From positions 3,242,399-3,306,398 of the forward strand of contig MU053934.1 of NCBI GenBank assembly GCA_013239625.1: DNA of 64,000 nt, in the 5' to 3' direction. Origin of the DNA: Lama guanicoe. Its lineage: Eukaryota. Shown in pieces: positions 1-13,500 of this stretch; the first letter of the stretch is position 1, and the number at the start of each line of letters is the position of its first letter. The translations under genes were made by a program, and so were the position numbers. The notes under the pieces were generated by a model. That model did no database searches. It was given only the letters and a program-made list of their open reading frames with translations, and was not told the DNA's origin.

Positions 1-3000
1 GCTGACTGCAGGAAGGGCTCGGTCCTCCCTCCCTCCACCCTAGGCAGTGGCCAGGGATATGAAGATTAGGCCAGAGAAATCCATGTTTGGGTAAAGAAAG
101 CCGAAGACTATCATGAGAGCCACCTCTGCCTCCTGCTCCTCCTCCTGGGAAACTCCAGGAGAGAGCGCTTTAGAAAAAATGTTAAACCTTTGCTGTTAAA
201 GCAAAAGCAATTTACAGTCCTGAGCCCCAGAAGGCTGGGACAGAGGCAAGGGACGTGAAGAGGGATAAAAGTCCCTAAAGAAGCCCAGGCAAGCAGCCTT
301 TGTCGAGGTGGCAAGTGAGCAGGGCATCCAGGTGACCCCTCAGATGAAAGGCTGATGCAGCGTCAGAGGCTGTTGATGATCAAGGTCTTCAGGGGAGTCA
401 GCCTCACACCTCCCGGTCCCCTGCACGGCCAGCTTGGGCTGAGAGGCCGGACAGTGGGCAGGGAGGGGATAACCACGAGGCTGTCAGGCAAGAAGGGTAC
501 ACAGGCAGCAGAGAGCATTTTTGTCCTTGGCTGTGTCATCCAGTCTCAGGGCTGGAGTCAGGAGTCCTGGGCTCCCGTCCAATGTGGCCACTGGCTCCTA
601 GGGGGCCTCAGGCCAGTCCTCCCCCTCTCAGGGCCTCAGTTCCCCTCCTCCTCAGGCATAGAGGTTACACTCGGGGAGGCTGAGTTGCCAAGATCGCTCT
701 GTCAGAAAATCCTCCAACTGCACCTCCTCCGACTGGGAATGTCTGGGGATCGCATTTGTATGCAGGTGCACACACAGGTGCGTGCCGGCTCGCAGCACCA
801 GAGCAGGGGTGTGCTGACGTGTACGAGCCGATGGGTATGCGGGCAGGTGTGCTTGCACACGTATGTCCCTGTGCACAGGATGTGTGCCTCTGTGGCCAGC
901 TACAGGAGTGCTCTCGAGTGAACGAGGGCATGCCCGTGTGGAGGGTGGGAAGAGATGTGTCTCAGGGGAACACAGGCACACACTTGCCTGTATGTCAGCA
1001 TGTTAAGCACACGTGTGTTTTACAGGACTATGTGTGTGAGTATGTACGCACATGCGCAATTTTAGCTGCATCGAGCGCCCCCTATCTTCAGATCTGAGTT
1101 GCTCAAACCAGCACCTGCTCAGCCAGGCTGCGGCAAAGCTGAGCTGGCCTGAGCCTCAGAAATCCCAGACCAGGCTGAGAGTGTATGAAGAAGCAGAGGG
1201 GAGGGGAGTAGGAGAAGGTGACCAGGCTGTGGGGGAAGGGTGCTGCACTAGCCCTGGCCCACCTCTTCCCTTCCCAGTCCAGGGGGCACAGAGGCGTACC
1301 ATGGCCCTACCCCAGCCACCCTGAGCTCTGCCCACCTGGTCCCCCAAGGTGACCCTGCCCTCTCTCCTGTTCCTTCTGGTCTCCAGGATGACTTGGGCCA
1401 GGGCCCAGCTCCCCCCACCCCCCATCCTCCCCCGTGACTCAGACAGAGCCGGAGGAAGCTCCCCATCACCCTGTCCTGTGTGCGTCAGCCTCCTGTCCCT
1501 GTCCCTGGGCTGCCTGCCCACCACCCATCGAGGCCTGACACAGCCAGGGAGCAGGGATAGCAAGGCCAGGAAGGCACTGACAGCAGCACTTGGTCCCTGG
1601 CTGGGCTGCACACCCACTGGAGGTGCGGGGAGGGGTATGCCGGCTGCCCTCCTGTCAGGCCCGAGGCTGAGGGTCCTGGGGGACACACCCTTCCCCTGCT
1701 CCCTCAGAGTGATGCTCCAGCACAGACGCTGGTGGGAGGAGCTTGGTCCAACCCCATACACACTAGGGGAGGGGGGCAGGTGAGAGAGAGAAAGGAAGTG
1801 AGGGAGCTGCAGACAGGAGGCAAGAGCTGAGGAGGAGAGAAAAGCAAAAATATGGAGACAGTTGAGCAGGGAGAGGCAGAGGAATTGAGATAAATGGAGA
1901 GGGCACATCTGACACAGAGAAATCGATCTGCAGAAAAGCACAGCAAAATGACAAATACAGGGAGTGCAAAGGAGGGGACCCAGTGCCTGCTGCCCACTCC
2001 GCCCACCCACCTAGGGGCCAGGGAGACAGATGAGCACTGAGCCTGGCTGAGCCACCAAAATGCAGCCTGTGACCAGCCCAGAGCGGGGGTGGGGAGCAGC
2101 AGCTAGCAGCTGTTGGAAGCAGAGGTCTTTCTGGCCTGGGACCTAAACAGCACTACCCCTGGGAGGCTGGGGCCCCGCAGGGAAGCAGGCTGTGGGCCAG
2201 TGGCAGTGGCGGGTTGGCCCGGGTGCCAGGGCTTGTTGGACAAAGAGCTGCGCTCCCAGCTGACCTGCCCTGAAAGGACCCCTCCCCCCAACACCCATCC
2301 CCTCCCCAACTCAGCCCCTTTGCAACATGGGTCCTTCTCCCGCCACCACAGCGAGAAGGAACACGGCACAGTGGAGGAGCAGCATGCTGTTGAGGGGTCT
2401 TGGGGCAGGCCCCCAGCTGAGCTGGCTACACACTGCACAATGCCCGCTCTCCCGGGGACACCCCTGGAAGGAGAGGAGGGAGAAGGGTCGGCGAGACCCT
2501 ACAGGTCTGAGGGGCAGAGCTGAGTTGGTGGGGGGTTCTGTTCAGAGCTGGGCATGGCCACGGAATGTCTGAGTCACTCTGGACAAAGACTTCCTCTCGC
2601 TGGGCCTCAGCACCTGCCTCCCGAAGTCATCGGTTGACCCAGCTGGATTCCGTGCCCTTCTCCAGGTGCCACGAGGTTCAGGGCCCCTCCATGGACTCCG
2701 AATCCCGGGGCCTCAGAGCAGCAGGGATGAGAAGCCCTAGCTCTGCCCAATGCCAGCCACCGTCAGAGGAGGAACTGAGGCCAGGGAAGCGACCTGTTCA
2801 GCTAGTGGGAGGTCAGCCCAGGACCCAGGGGGGCAGCGACAGACCCTCATCTGCCAACTTCGAATCCCCTCTGGGAGCTCACTGCCCCCAGACCTGGGCT
2901 CCCCACTCAGCTAACCCAGGACACCCAGGTTTTTATCATTTCCTCACAACCTTCATCACCTAAGATTAGGGTTCCCCTGGACTCAGGCTCCCTGAGCCCC

Positions 3001-4379
3001 TGGGCCACATCCCCCAGACCCCTCCACTGCAGGCTGACCATCCCGCTCCCCAGGCAGAGGGGAGCCTTGGCCTCTCTGCTCCAGGCTGGGGGGCTGTGAG
3101 GTTCAGAGGGTCATGGGGCTGCCTACCCTGCCTGGGCTCGGCGAGCAGACGGACAGGAGGTCTGCCTGTGTGGTCCCTGGCAGAGGGCAGAAGGGGCAGG
3201 GGATGGGGGAGCGGGAGTCAGCCGGGAAGACACCGGACCAACTGCCAGCTCTGAGACCTTGGGCAAGTTGCAGGCCCCTCCAAACGTCAGTTTCTCCACC
3301 TGTGTGGCAAGGTGAGTGCCTCCCATCTCCTCAGGCTCTCACGGAACCCCAGGACACCGTGGAGACAAACATGCTGCGCACAGGGCAGGGGGCCCGGTGA
3401 ATACAGGGCTCCTGCTCCTGAGACCACACTCTGAGGGACTGTTGGTGAGGCCTGTGAGCAGGTGGGGAGATGCCATCCGTTATTCCGACCTCCCAGGAGC
3501 AGGGACGTGAGGCTCAGCCAGGGAAATCTCATTTGCAGCAGCTGATCAGCCCTGGCACGGGCTCCTTCCTGGGCCAGGCGGGCCAAGGCTCCCCGAGGTG
3601 TCATTGTTATAGTCTGTGTCAATGCCATTACCCAGGATTAGGAGGACCAAGGACTCCTGGGGCCCAGCCAGAACTCGCGGGGCGGGCAGCCACCTCACCT
3701 CTCCTGCTGAAAGCGTAGCACGAGGCCAGGGGGCCCAGAGATGGGCTGCCACCATTCCACCCTCGGGGACAAAGCTTGCCACCCCTCTGGGAACTGGATA
3801 CTGGGCCTTGTCGCTGCCTCCACCTCACCAGGGCTCCTCAGGCAGGCTGCTCTGGGCCTCAGCTCCTCATCTGTAAAACGGGATAATATACCTTTGCAAC
3901 TGAACTACTGTTTGGTAAGTGAACCGTTTGGATTCCAGGTGCAGAGCCCCAGCTGCAGGGCAGAGAGAAGCAGCATGGCTGTTGGGAGGCAAAGGATCCT
4001 TGGATTGAATGCTGAGCTGTGTGGCACATTAATTAACCTCTCGGGGCTTCAGTCTCCTTGTCCATAAGACAGTCACAGCTACCCCTTACCCAATGGCTCA
4101 TTTGTGTCTGACATTTCACATTCCTTGAATCTTGTATCAGCCCTGCATGGCTGGTGCTGTTGGCTTCATATCACAGGTGAGAAAACTGAGGCCCCCTCCT
4201 TCCCTAGCTTTCCCCAAACAGCTGGGTCCATTGCAGGGACTGGACATGCACAGGCCATCTTGTGGGTTTCTTGCCTCTTGGATAGACACCTCCCTCCCTA
4301 TCAGAAAAGTGTGCAAGTGTGGACTGTCCACAAACCAAGAGAGACTTCAACTTCTCCATCAATCAGGAAATACTCAGTC

Positions 4380-4760
4380 CAGGCCAGCTAAGCTCCTCAA
4401 ATATCCCCAGGTACACTCCCACCTCAGGACCTTTGCATATGCTGTTCTAGCCACTCAGATTGCTCATCCCTCAATATCTGTACAACTCACAACCTGACTT
4501 CAGGTCTCTTGTATAACTGCTCCCCTAAACCCACCTTCCTTGAAACCAAATCTGAGATAACTCACTGGTCACTCAACCCAGGCTTTGGTCTATTCAGAGT
4601 CCTCAACAATACGAGATGTCATTTACTCCTTATCGCCCCCTCCTTGTCCCTATCAGAAAATCAAAGTAGGCTTTATCTGGTTCAAAACTGTAACCTCGAT
4701 GCCTGCAACAGGGTCAGGCATGTTGCAGGTGCTCAAAACATGATATGTGAAATAAGAGCT
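4380..4760 (+). mobile_element. L2 LINE 3' fragment
   Basis: acctcaggacctttgcatatgctgttct ... ggcatgttgcaggtgctcaaaa resembles the L2 3' end. Confidence 0.65.
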
Positions 4761-4879
4761 CAGGGCTGGGGCTAGGGCTGGGGACGGGGGACAGAGGGAG
4801 ATCCTGGAGTCCCTGACTCCACTGAGTCAGGATTTTAAATATCAGAGGGAGGGGCCCCACTACCGATGGGGCACTCAAG

Positions 4880-5030
4880 GTGTACAAGAAATGTGCTGAG
4901 TCTTCTTTATAGTCTCATGAAGCCCCTTATGCTTCCCATTTTTCAGATGAGGAAACTGAGGCTCAGAGGTGCAGTGATCTGCTCAAGACCACACAGCCAG
5001 CAACTTGGACTGGCCTGAGCTCTTAGAACT
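4880..5030 (-). mobile_element. MIR SINE
   Basis: cccatttttcagatgaggaaactgaggctcagagg core. Confidence 0.85.
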
Positions 5031-5049
5031 ACCAGACTTTCCAGGATCC

Positions 5050-5500
5050 CTGCAGATATGACTGCCTCCAACTTGCATACCTCCAGTGACAGGGATCTCA
5101 GCACCCACCTGAGGCTGCTTACTCCCTTCTTGAACAGCTCTGATTGTTGGAGATTTCTCTAACTTACAAAGCCAAACCTAGGTCCTGTACCTCTCTAGTT
5201 CCCTGGTCCCAGCCTGCCACAGGCCAGACACAGCCAGTCTGGAGCCACTGAGGCCAACAGCCCGCCTCAAAGGTCTTGTTAATATTTGTTTAGCTGTTAT
5301 CTCGTGCCCTTGCAAGCCGTGTATCCAGGCTAAACAGCCTCATGTGCCTACTGCTCTTCCTGCGCCACGGTGTCAAGTCCCACACTTTTGGGTCTGGCTG
5401 CCCTGGGTCATGCTTGCTGTCAAGGTCCCTCCTAAATTGTGTCACCTAGAGCAGAGCCTCAGTGCCAACATGGTCTGAGCAGTGATGGGCACCAGGGTCC
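5050..5500. mobile_element. L3/CR1 LINE fragment
   Basis: catacctccagtgacagggatctcagcacc...aacagctctgattgttgga resembles mammalian L3. Confidence 0.55.
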
Positions 5501-6814
5501 CTCTGCCTCCTATGTTTTGGCGCCACACCTCTGTTAGAGCAGCACGAATGTGCACTGCCCCATGTCCTCACCTTGTCCTAGATGTCAAACGAGGCCCCAG
5601 GCCTTTTCGCAATCCCGCCAGGCCGCCATGATGCTCTCAGAATGTCCTCGGGCAGCCCTGGGCAGTATCTGTTTGGGTTTCACCCCAGGTGCCGGGTTTC
5701 CGTCCACTCCCATTCAATCATGTCTTGTTAGTCTCAGCACTTCGTGCCAGCTGCTCCACATCTCGGGGGAGCTGGCTCCTGCCCCTTGATACCGTGGCAC
5801 CCGCTCCTGGCTCTGTGCCATCCTGCGCTGGGTGAGCAGGCCACGGCTGACTCCATGTCGTGGGGAAATGGGGACCAGGCCTGCAGCTCACCCCGGGGAA
5901 GGTGGGGCATGCTGTCCAACCAGCCACACGCTCCCCCACGCTCCTTACACATCCGTATGTATCTACAACACACCCACTGTGTGCCTATCACGGGCACCAC
6001 TGCAGACAGACACACCCTGCCTTCACGAGTTCCAACTCACCCAAAAGAGCTTAATAAGAGCAGTGCCGCATCAGCAGCAGCAACAGCTGACAGTTATTGG
6101 GGGCTAATTGGGTTGGCAAGGCCTCGTTGTACTGAGCATCCATCTCCAAGCCCAGTAACCCTGGCCAGAGAGGGGGCTGGGCTGGTCTGCTGTGCCACGA
6201 GCTGTTACGACACACTGATGGCTGGCTCACTGTGTGACCTCGGGCAGGTCAGCGCCTTACTCCTCTGGGCTCAGTTTCCTCCTCTGTTTAGGGGGGCAGC
6301 AGCAGGACACCTGTCTCTCTGGTTTACTGGGGCCACTTCCAAGCCCTCTGTAACTGTTCACTGTGTCATCTCCCATGAACTCAACTGGTACCTGGGTCTT
6401 CCCTGCTCCCAGGGGCATTGCATCTGTCCTTGGCACCTGCGCCGTGTCCATGCCTCAACGGAAGAAGGTAGGCAGGAGGAGGAGGATGGAAGGGCTTTTA
6501 CCAAAAGGTCTTGGCTTTGGGAAGCCACCCAGCAGCCTGGCAGGAGTGGCCCAGACACTGGTTCCGTTGGCAGCTCTTCACAGGTGGCCCACTCACACAG
6601 CCCACTCCCTGGTACCCACTACCCGGCCCTAAGTAGCCCAGCATCCACCCCACCCACCACCAGGCACTTTGCAGAGTACGTGAGCCTCCTGCTCACAGCC
6701 AAGGATGACTTGTATTAAAAGTCCACCTCCTAGTCCCGCCCCAGGGTCGTCCCTGGCTTTCCAGAATCCTTCATGCTATTCCTGGGACCGCCTCCCCCAG
6801 CTGGCCCCTGACTA

Positions 6815-6930
6815 CCCGCCCTGACCCCTGCCTCCCCACCTTGCCCCACTCCCCCCACACCTGACCCCTGCCTTCCCACCTGGTCCCTGCCTCCCCCACC
6901 TGGCCCTGCCTCCCCCACGTGATCCCTGCT
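6815..6930. repeat. C-rich minisatellite, unit about 19-20 bp (ccctgcctcccccacctg...)
   Basis: About 5-6 degenerate tandem copies; G-rich on the transcribed minus strand. Confidence 0.8.
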
Positions 6931-8779
6931 GGCCTCTTGGCCTCGGCTCCGGCAAACCCCAGGCCCCGCTCAGCTGCAGCCCCGGGCACTACTCACCAGT
7001 CTCCACTCTTTCACCAGTGCCTGCGCACACGTGGCTGCCTCTGCCTGCATGGCCTCCATTCATTCATTCAATAAACATTTATGGAGCACCTACTATGTAC
7101 CAGGCGCCGGCTAGGCCCGCCCTCCCGGCTCTGCCTCCTCCTCCTGCTCCTTCTCCAGGGCCCCAAGGGGTGAACATTTCCCTGCCTTCCAACACCCTCA
7201 GGGCTGTCCCAAGGCGGGGTGGCGCATCTGGAGCCCGTGGGGAGAAGTGGAGGCTCCGGGTGGCGGAGAACGTAGCCCACTTGGAGGCAGCTGGCAGGGG
7301 AGGGATGGGCAGCCTGGGGCAAGACGAAAACAGAGTCACGGGCTGACCTGGGCGAGGCCTGAGTGCTTTTCCTGTGAACTCACTTAATCCTCTGCACTAC
7401 CTCGGGAGTCGGTACTGCTGTTACTCCCACTTTACAGAGGAGGAAACTGAGGTTTCACAACCACTACGCACTGGCCTGGACCCTCCATGGCACTGGGCTG
7501 TGGGATCTTGTTTCATCTGGACAATGGTTTAAAAATTTTTTTCAATTAGTTGCCAAGGTTGAAAACTTGGGAGATTTTATTTTTTTAATCCTCATTTCCA
7601 AAATCCACTGAAAAACCCGGAAGACCTGGCTGCCCAGGCTCTGCAGCCCTGCGGAGACAGAACAGGTGGGGCCGGGCTGGGTGGGCCTACCCTCCTCCCT
7701 GCCCCTCTGGCTGAGGTTGCCACTGACCCCCGGGCACTGGGGTTTGTGAGGCCAGCCACAGAGGGAACCCCAGAATGGGGATGATTAGAATCCCAGCCTG
7801 TGGGGGAGACCTCAAGGGTGCCACAGCCCCTGCCTCCCTGGTTCTGTGGTTCTGGGTCTTTTTTTGGTATAGGGGAGGGTCTCTGATTATGAATCTGGGC
7901 CTCAAGAGTTCTACAATGTATCTACAATTCCTTGATCCAAAAAATGGGCTGCGTGATGGCCTCTGTGTCACCAATTCTACAGGATTTCTGGCTGCCCTGA
8001 CCCATCCCAAACCCCTGCTTCCAAGCAGGCCCACTGGAGTGGGGACCCCCAAGCAGGAGAGCACCCATACTGCCCTCCAGGCCTGCCTGTCACCCTGTGG
8101 GGCCCCTGGCTCTCCAACGATGCTGCTTGGGTTCTAGGTCAAGTTTGGGGCTCCTGTTAGGGTGTGAGGGTTACTCACTCCCAAGTATGATTCCTACTCA
8201 GTAAAACGCTGCCAGCCAGCCTGGGCCGAGGTTCTGGACAAGGCCGCTGTGGACACCGGGAGGCCTGAGGCCTCAGCTGCTGAAGTGACACCCCAGAGCA
8301 GGGCCTGTAGCAAAGGACTCTGGGGTTTCTGGAATGGGCTCTTGCTCCCACCCCTCTCCCCACAGACCTCGGGTTCCCCTCACTCTGCTCACCTGGGGCT
8401 CCTGCCCAGCCTCCCCACCACTTCTCCCAGGGCCCGGCACCCAGGGTCCACAGCCAGCCATGGCCAGGCTGAGACCCCTCCCCGGGCTGTAGCCCATCAC
8501 AAGCCCGAAACAGGCAGGAGCATGGGGTCCCTCTCCTGGCCCTGAGACTAGCTGCTCTGGTGCGGGTGGGTAGGGAGGACTGTGGGGGCCTGCAGCTGTG
8601 GCATCAGAGAACAAGGAAGCTCTGTTCGTGCAAGAGGAGCCCCGGAAATGCCCAGGGGAGGGCCACCCCGTGGACTGCTGGCTGAGCAGAGACCACGGCC
8701 TGGGACACGTGGCCACCAAGTTCGTGTGGCAAACCCATGGAGATCGGCCCTCCCTAGCATCGTCCTGGAAGGACAGGCC

Positions 8780-8965
8780 ACATTCAGCTCAAATCCCAGC
8801 TCTGCCACTGGACAAAGAGCGTGGCCTTGGCAAGCTACTTTTTTCCTCTGAGTCTCAGTCTCCTCTTCTGTAAAATGGGACTAGAAAGGCACTACCTCCG
8901 AGGGCGGTAGGATGAAAGCTACAGAGCAGGGTCTGGCACACAGTAAGTGCTCAATAAAGCTAGCT
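8780..8965 (+). mobile_element. MIR SINE
   Basis: tcaaatcccagctctgccact...ctgtaaaatggga...tggcacacagtaagtgctcaataaa. Confidence 0.85.
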
Positions 8966-9899
8966 GCCTCTAGAAGGGTGATGGTGGCCTGGCTCACAGG
9001 CGTGGCACAGTGCCAGGCACACAGCTGGTCCTTGTCACCCACTGCCGCAACCTTGGCAGCGAGGAAGGGTCGAGGCCCAACCCCTGCCAGCGTGGGCCTT
9101 CCTGCCTGTCCCTGCCCCCTCTCATATGTAGGTCCAGCCCCCCAAAGGCCTGCCCCCACCCCTGCCTTCAGCTTGTTCCCCAGCCTCGGTTTCTCTCCCA
9201 TTGCCAGAGCACAATGGCTGTTATAATTAACGGATTATCTCAGTGCGACAGCTGTGGTCCTTTGAAAATTGGGTTGAATAACAAGAACCCGGCGTATGGT
9301 AATTTCTTTTCATCTCCTGCTCCCTCTTTCTCTCTCCCTCACTTCAGCCTGGTTATGCATGCAAATATTTTTTCCCCTTTCCCTCCTTCCCAAACACCTT
9401 CCTCCTCGGTGGCCTCCTCCTCAGGGCGGCAAGGGGACAGACTACAGTTCTGCCTTCTGGTGAAAGACAGGTGAGAACTGACCCTCCTGGGCCCCATCCT
9501 GTGAGCCTGGCACTAGGCCAAGTGCCTGACACATGTGACTTCTGTCATCTCCCTGCAGACCTAAGTCCCTACACCTTGACATCCCGCCTATCTGCCAGGC
9601 CACTCCCCTTGGGCTCCTCGCAGTGACCTTCCCTGAGGTCCTGGAGCCGGCTCTCTGCTCTTCCCAAACCTGCTTCCCCACCGCTCCTCCCACCCCCACC
9701 CCGCATCTCTGCTCCTCCCAAGGCTTCTGTTACCAGCTTGGTGCTGACCACCACCTCCCAGCTGCCCTTCAAACCCCTCCCTGGTGCCTGAAACTCCACC
9801 TGTCCTTGTCCACAACGGGACACACCTCCTACTGCTCACCCACTCCCCAGCCTCGCTTCTCTCCCCATTCCCTGAGTTAGCTAGAAGCATCCACGGTGG

Positions 9900-10400
9900 C
9901 CCACACTTGGAAGGCCTCCTGCCCTGCTGCCCTCCTCCCACTGCTCCTGCCCTGCTCCAGCCTCCTTCCTCACCCAAAATGAATCTCTCAATCAGCATCC
10001 TCACTGCCCGCTACACCCGGCAGAGGAGGATCACTCTAAACCATAAATCTGAACATGACACTCCCCTGCTCAAAAGCCTTCACTGGCTCCCTACTGATCA
10101 GGAAAATTTCCAACAACAGACAACTGAAGCCCAGCCCCTGGGGTCCTGCAAAGCTGGTTCCTGCTTTCCTCTCCTGCCCTCCTAACTCCCCCCATTCCAC
10201 CACCAATTAAAATGCTCTGGTTGGGGTCCCTCCTGTGGGTTCCCACATACCCCTGAACTTCTTCTATCACAACTGGAATCATAACTTCTGCTTATACTCC
10301 TGAACTGAGTTCTCCAAGAAAGGGCCCGATTCTCCATCAGAGCCCAGCCCCGGTCACCCAGAAGGTGCTGAATATATATCTGTTAATGGCTAAATGAAAG
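9900..10400 (+). mobile_element. L2 LINE fragment
   Basis: aaccataaatctgaacatgacactcccctgctcaaaagccttcactggctccc and an L2-type tail. Confidence 0.7.
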
Positions 10401-10414
10401 AGGTCTGCTCTCTT

Positions 10415-10535
10415 TATAGGTAAGGAAACCGAGTCTCAGAGTAATTCATGACTTGCTCAAGATCACACTGTTTGTGCAAGACAAAACCAGGATTTGAACC
10501 CAGGTCTGTGATTCCAATGCCAGTCCTTTCCACTC
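10415..10535 (-). mobile_element. MIR SINE
   Basis: aggaaaccgagtctcagagt...gacttgctcaagatcacac...ggatttgaacccaggtctg. Confidence 0.85.
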
Positions 10536-13500
10536 CCTGGGGAGGGCTGTGGGGGTCAGCTTGTGCACAGATCTTAGGGGATCCGAACCTCCCTCCAGCC
10601 TCAGCTGGATGATAAGAAAATGGGGCTCCCTGCCCAGGCTGTCTCTGCCTCAACCTGGGACCAGCCATATGACTCCCAGGGCCTCTGCTCATCTGTAAAG
10701 TGGGAAGGAGCCCCGCCTCACCCCCATCTCAGAGGGTTGCAGTAGGGACAGAAATTCAGGTCTTGGAGGAAGCTGGTCCTTCTAGCAATATCTGAGGATT
10801 TGCCCAACCTCACCTCCAAACTCAGCTGCACTGCCCTTCACGGGCACTCCTCAGAGCCTGGGGGTTCATAGGACAGCGGGTGTCACAGAGGACAGGGACT
10901 CCCAAAATAAGAGCTAGTGGGAGGAGCATGGAGGAGCTGGGGGTCAGATCATGACCTTGGACAAAAGCCCCAGTGTCCTCATCTGTGAATCGAGCCCAGT
11001 AACATCCACTTTCTGGGGTTGCAATTGGGCATTAATGGGTAAGTGTCTAGCATGGTGCAGACACAGCCACGGCCATGGGTTCTATGGGAACGTGACCCTC
11101 AGGTGTAACCCAGGGAGAGAGGGGAGGTGAAAGGGGCAGCACAAATCAGGACCACTGTTTCTGACTCTCCATCCTCAACAGCCCACAGAATAGAGCTCAC
11201 ACCCTGACATGCAGCCCTCGCTCCCTCCCTCCCTCTCTGAACTCATACCCTAAGACATCCCTTCACAACCTACAGAGTTGCAGGGATGCCCATGGGCATG
11301 TCCTCTGGACCTTTGCTCATGCTATTCTTGAGCCTGGGGTATCACTTCCACCTTCCCCACCCGCTGCAGCCCAGATCGCATGCCTCCCCCTCCAAGAAGC
11401 CTTCAGAGATTACCTCTCCAAAAGGAGAGCAGTGGCCTCCCTACTCTGCCCCCATGCCCTGATCCCATTCCCATGGACTTCTGGAAGGATCCTAGAGACT
11501 GTCTAACTCCCACTTCCCCTCCCCTCATTTTACAGACGGGGAAACTGAGGCACAAACGAGGGACAGCAGTTCTTTAGGGATGTGCTTGAACCAAGGTATC
11601 TCCACTGCTTCCAACCCTACAGGCAGCTTCTCTCCTGGAGCTGAGCTGTCTTGTTCAGCACTTGCCTAGTCTTCTCTATGGCCCCCACCCCACCCCGGAG
11701 CTACCTGAGGACAGGACTCCATCTTTCTCTCTGCGCCCCCATCCCCGTGCCTAGCCTAAGGCCTGGCGCATAGTAGGCACTCAGTAAATGTCTGTTGAAT
11801 TGAATTGCGCTCAGGGCGGCCAGTCGTCTCTGCTCTGTAAGAGAAGCATAGAGTTAGTGGAGCCGTTCCCATGGCGATGGGGGTGGGAACCAAGCTGGTG
11901 GCTTAGGAGGTGGCCTGCCCCAAGGACCCCGAGGGCCCTGGAAAGGAGGTGGGGTCTGGGAAGCCGGAACATTCGGACTTAGTTCAGTCCGAATTCAGCC
12001 CCAGCAGGCGGCATGGCCCTGGCAAGTCACACCACCCTTAGGGCCTCGGTGGCCTCATCTGTCCAATGGAGATGACACTCCAGTCCCTAGAGGCTCTGAG
12101 GACCGCTTGTGATGAGGAGCAGAAGAGACGTGAGGAGGGTGAACAGTGACCCCAGCTCACAAGCATTGATGCTCAGGGCCTGAAACACAAAGGCAGGCGG
12201 GAATCACGGCCAGTTCTACAGATGGGGAGACTGAGGCTCAGAGAAGGGGGAGGCTTGCCTGAGGCCACACAGCCCATGCGCTTAATCCCATGCTGTACAC
12301 AGAGCCTTCCTGCAGAGCTGGAGGGAAGCGAGGCAAGATAACAAGCCCCAAGCAAAGACATCGACCCCCACAAAGGGCCTGAGCCCGGCCCAGGCTGGCG
12401 AAGGCTGTCCAGGCGCAGGGCCCAGCGTGAGCCCCAGGGCTGTGAAGGGAAAGGTGAGAAGCCACATTCTCCCCATCTCCCCGAGGATGAGCTCTGATTC
12501 CACAGCCCCCAGAGGGTTCAAAGCCATCCTCAGATCCAGAGGCTGCAAAGGCCTGGGCAGGCCCTGGTGTTAATATAGATCAGCAGAGACTATAAATACA
12601 CAGCCAGGCCGGGCCCTACAGGGCCAAGCCGGAGGAGCAGCCCAGTAGGGGCTTTGACCCCAGCCCCACCCCAGAGCCCCCTCCCCTCGGATCTCAGTTT
12701 CCTCCTCTGTCAGCAGCAGGCTACACACGGTGATGATGGCTCAGGTCCCTTAACAACAACCTGCAGCTCCGTGACCCTGCCAGGCCGGCAGGGGGGCCTT
12801 GGGGCCCCGGGCTGGAGACCCAGGGAGGAACAAAACAGAACGCAAGATGGGCTGCCCTGGTCCACCTGGGACAACCAAGGGAGGGCTTGGCTGGGCCTCT
12901 GCTCCTTGGCCCAGAGCCCGGGAGAGGCAGGGAAAGGGGCCTAGATGCCAGCCATTCACTCGCTCACTCCGTCATTCACTCCAAAAGCCATTCTTTGAGG
13001 GTCTCCTGCTGGCAGCTGAGGACTCACAGCCAAAAGACACGGCCTCAGGTGGAAGCTCCGGTGGGGAAGACAGCAAGATAAACAGGCACCTCTCCCCTGA
13101 CCCACATCCGGTAGAGACCGTCCGCTGGCTCCAGTGTCCTACCCCAGCTCGCACCCCTGGATGCTCGTTTCACACCTGCCTTCTCCCTAGACCAGGACCT
13201 CATCAAAGACAGGGACAAGGAGGGCGATCTCACTCACCCAGAAGCCCAGGGCACAACACGGCACCCAGGAGGGGCTCGAGAAATCCAAACATGTTCATGG
13301 GCTGAAAGGATGAATAAGACGCCTGTACACAGGCTGGGACGCAGGCCCTGGGGAGGTGGGGGAGCAGGAGGGAGCCCGCACACTTAATACACAACTCGCC
13401 CAGTCGAAGGATGAGGAAACTGAGGCAGAGAGAGGCCAGGGGAGGTGCCCAAGGACCCAAAGCTACAAAGTGGCCCAGGACATGCAGCTCCTCAGATACA

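Noticed and set aside
750..1060. Degenerate TG/CA-rich tracts (also 36.9-37.8 kb and 62.4 kb)
   Set aside because: Common low-complexity sequence; nothing specific beyond weak Z-DNA potential.
1156..2010. 284-aa minus-strand ORF with a hydrophobic N-terminus
   Set aside because: The hydrophobicity derives from a GA-rich low-complexity tract; no family resemblance.
5744..6718. 324-aa ORF
   Set aside because: No recognisable domain, crosses a MIR-like segment, and has no splice or promoter support.
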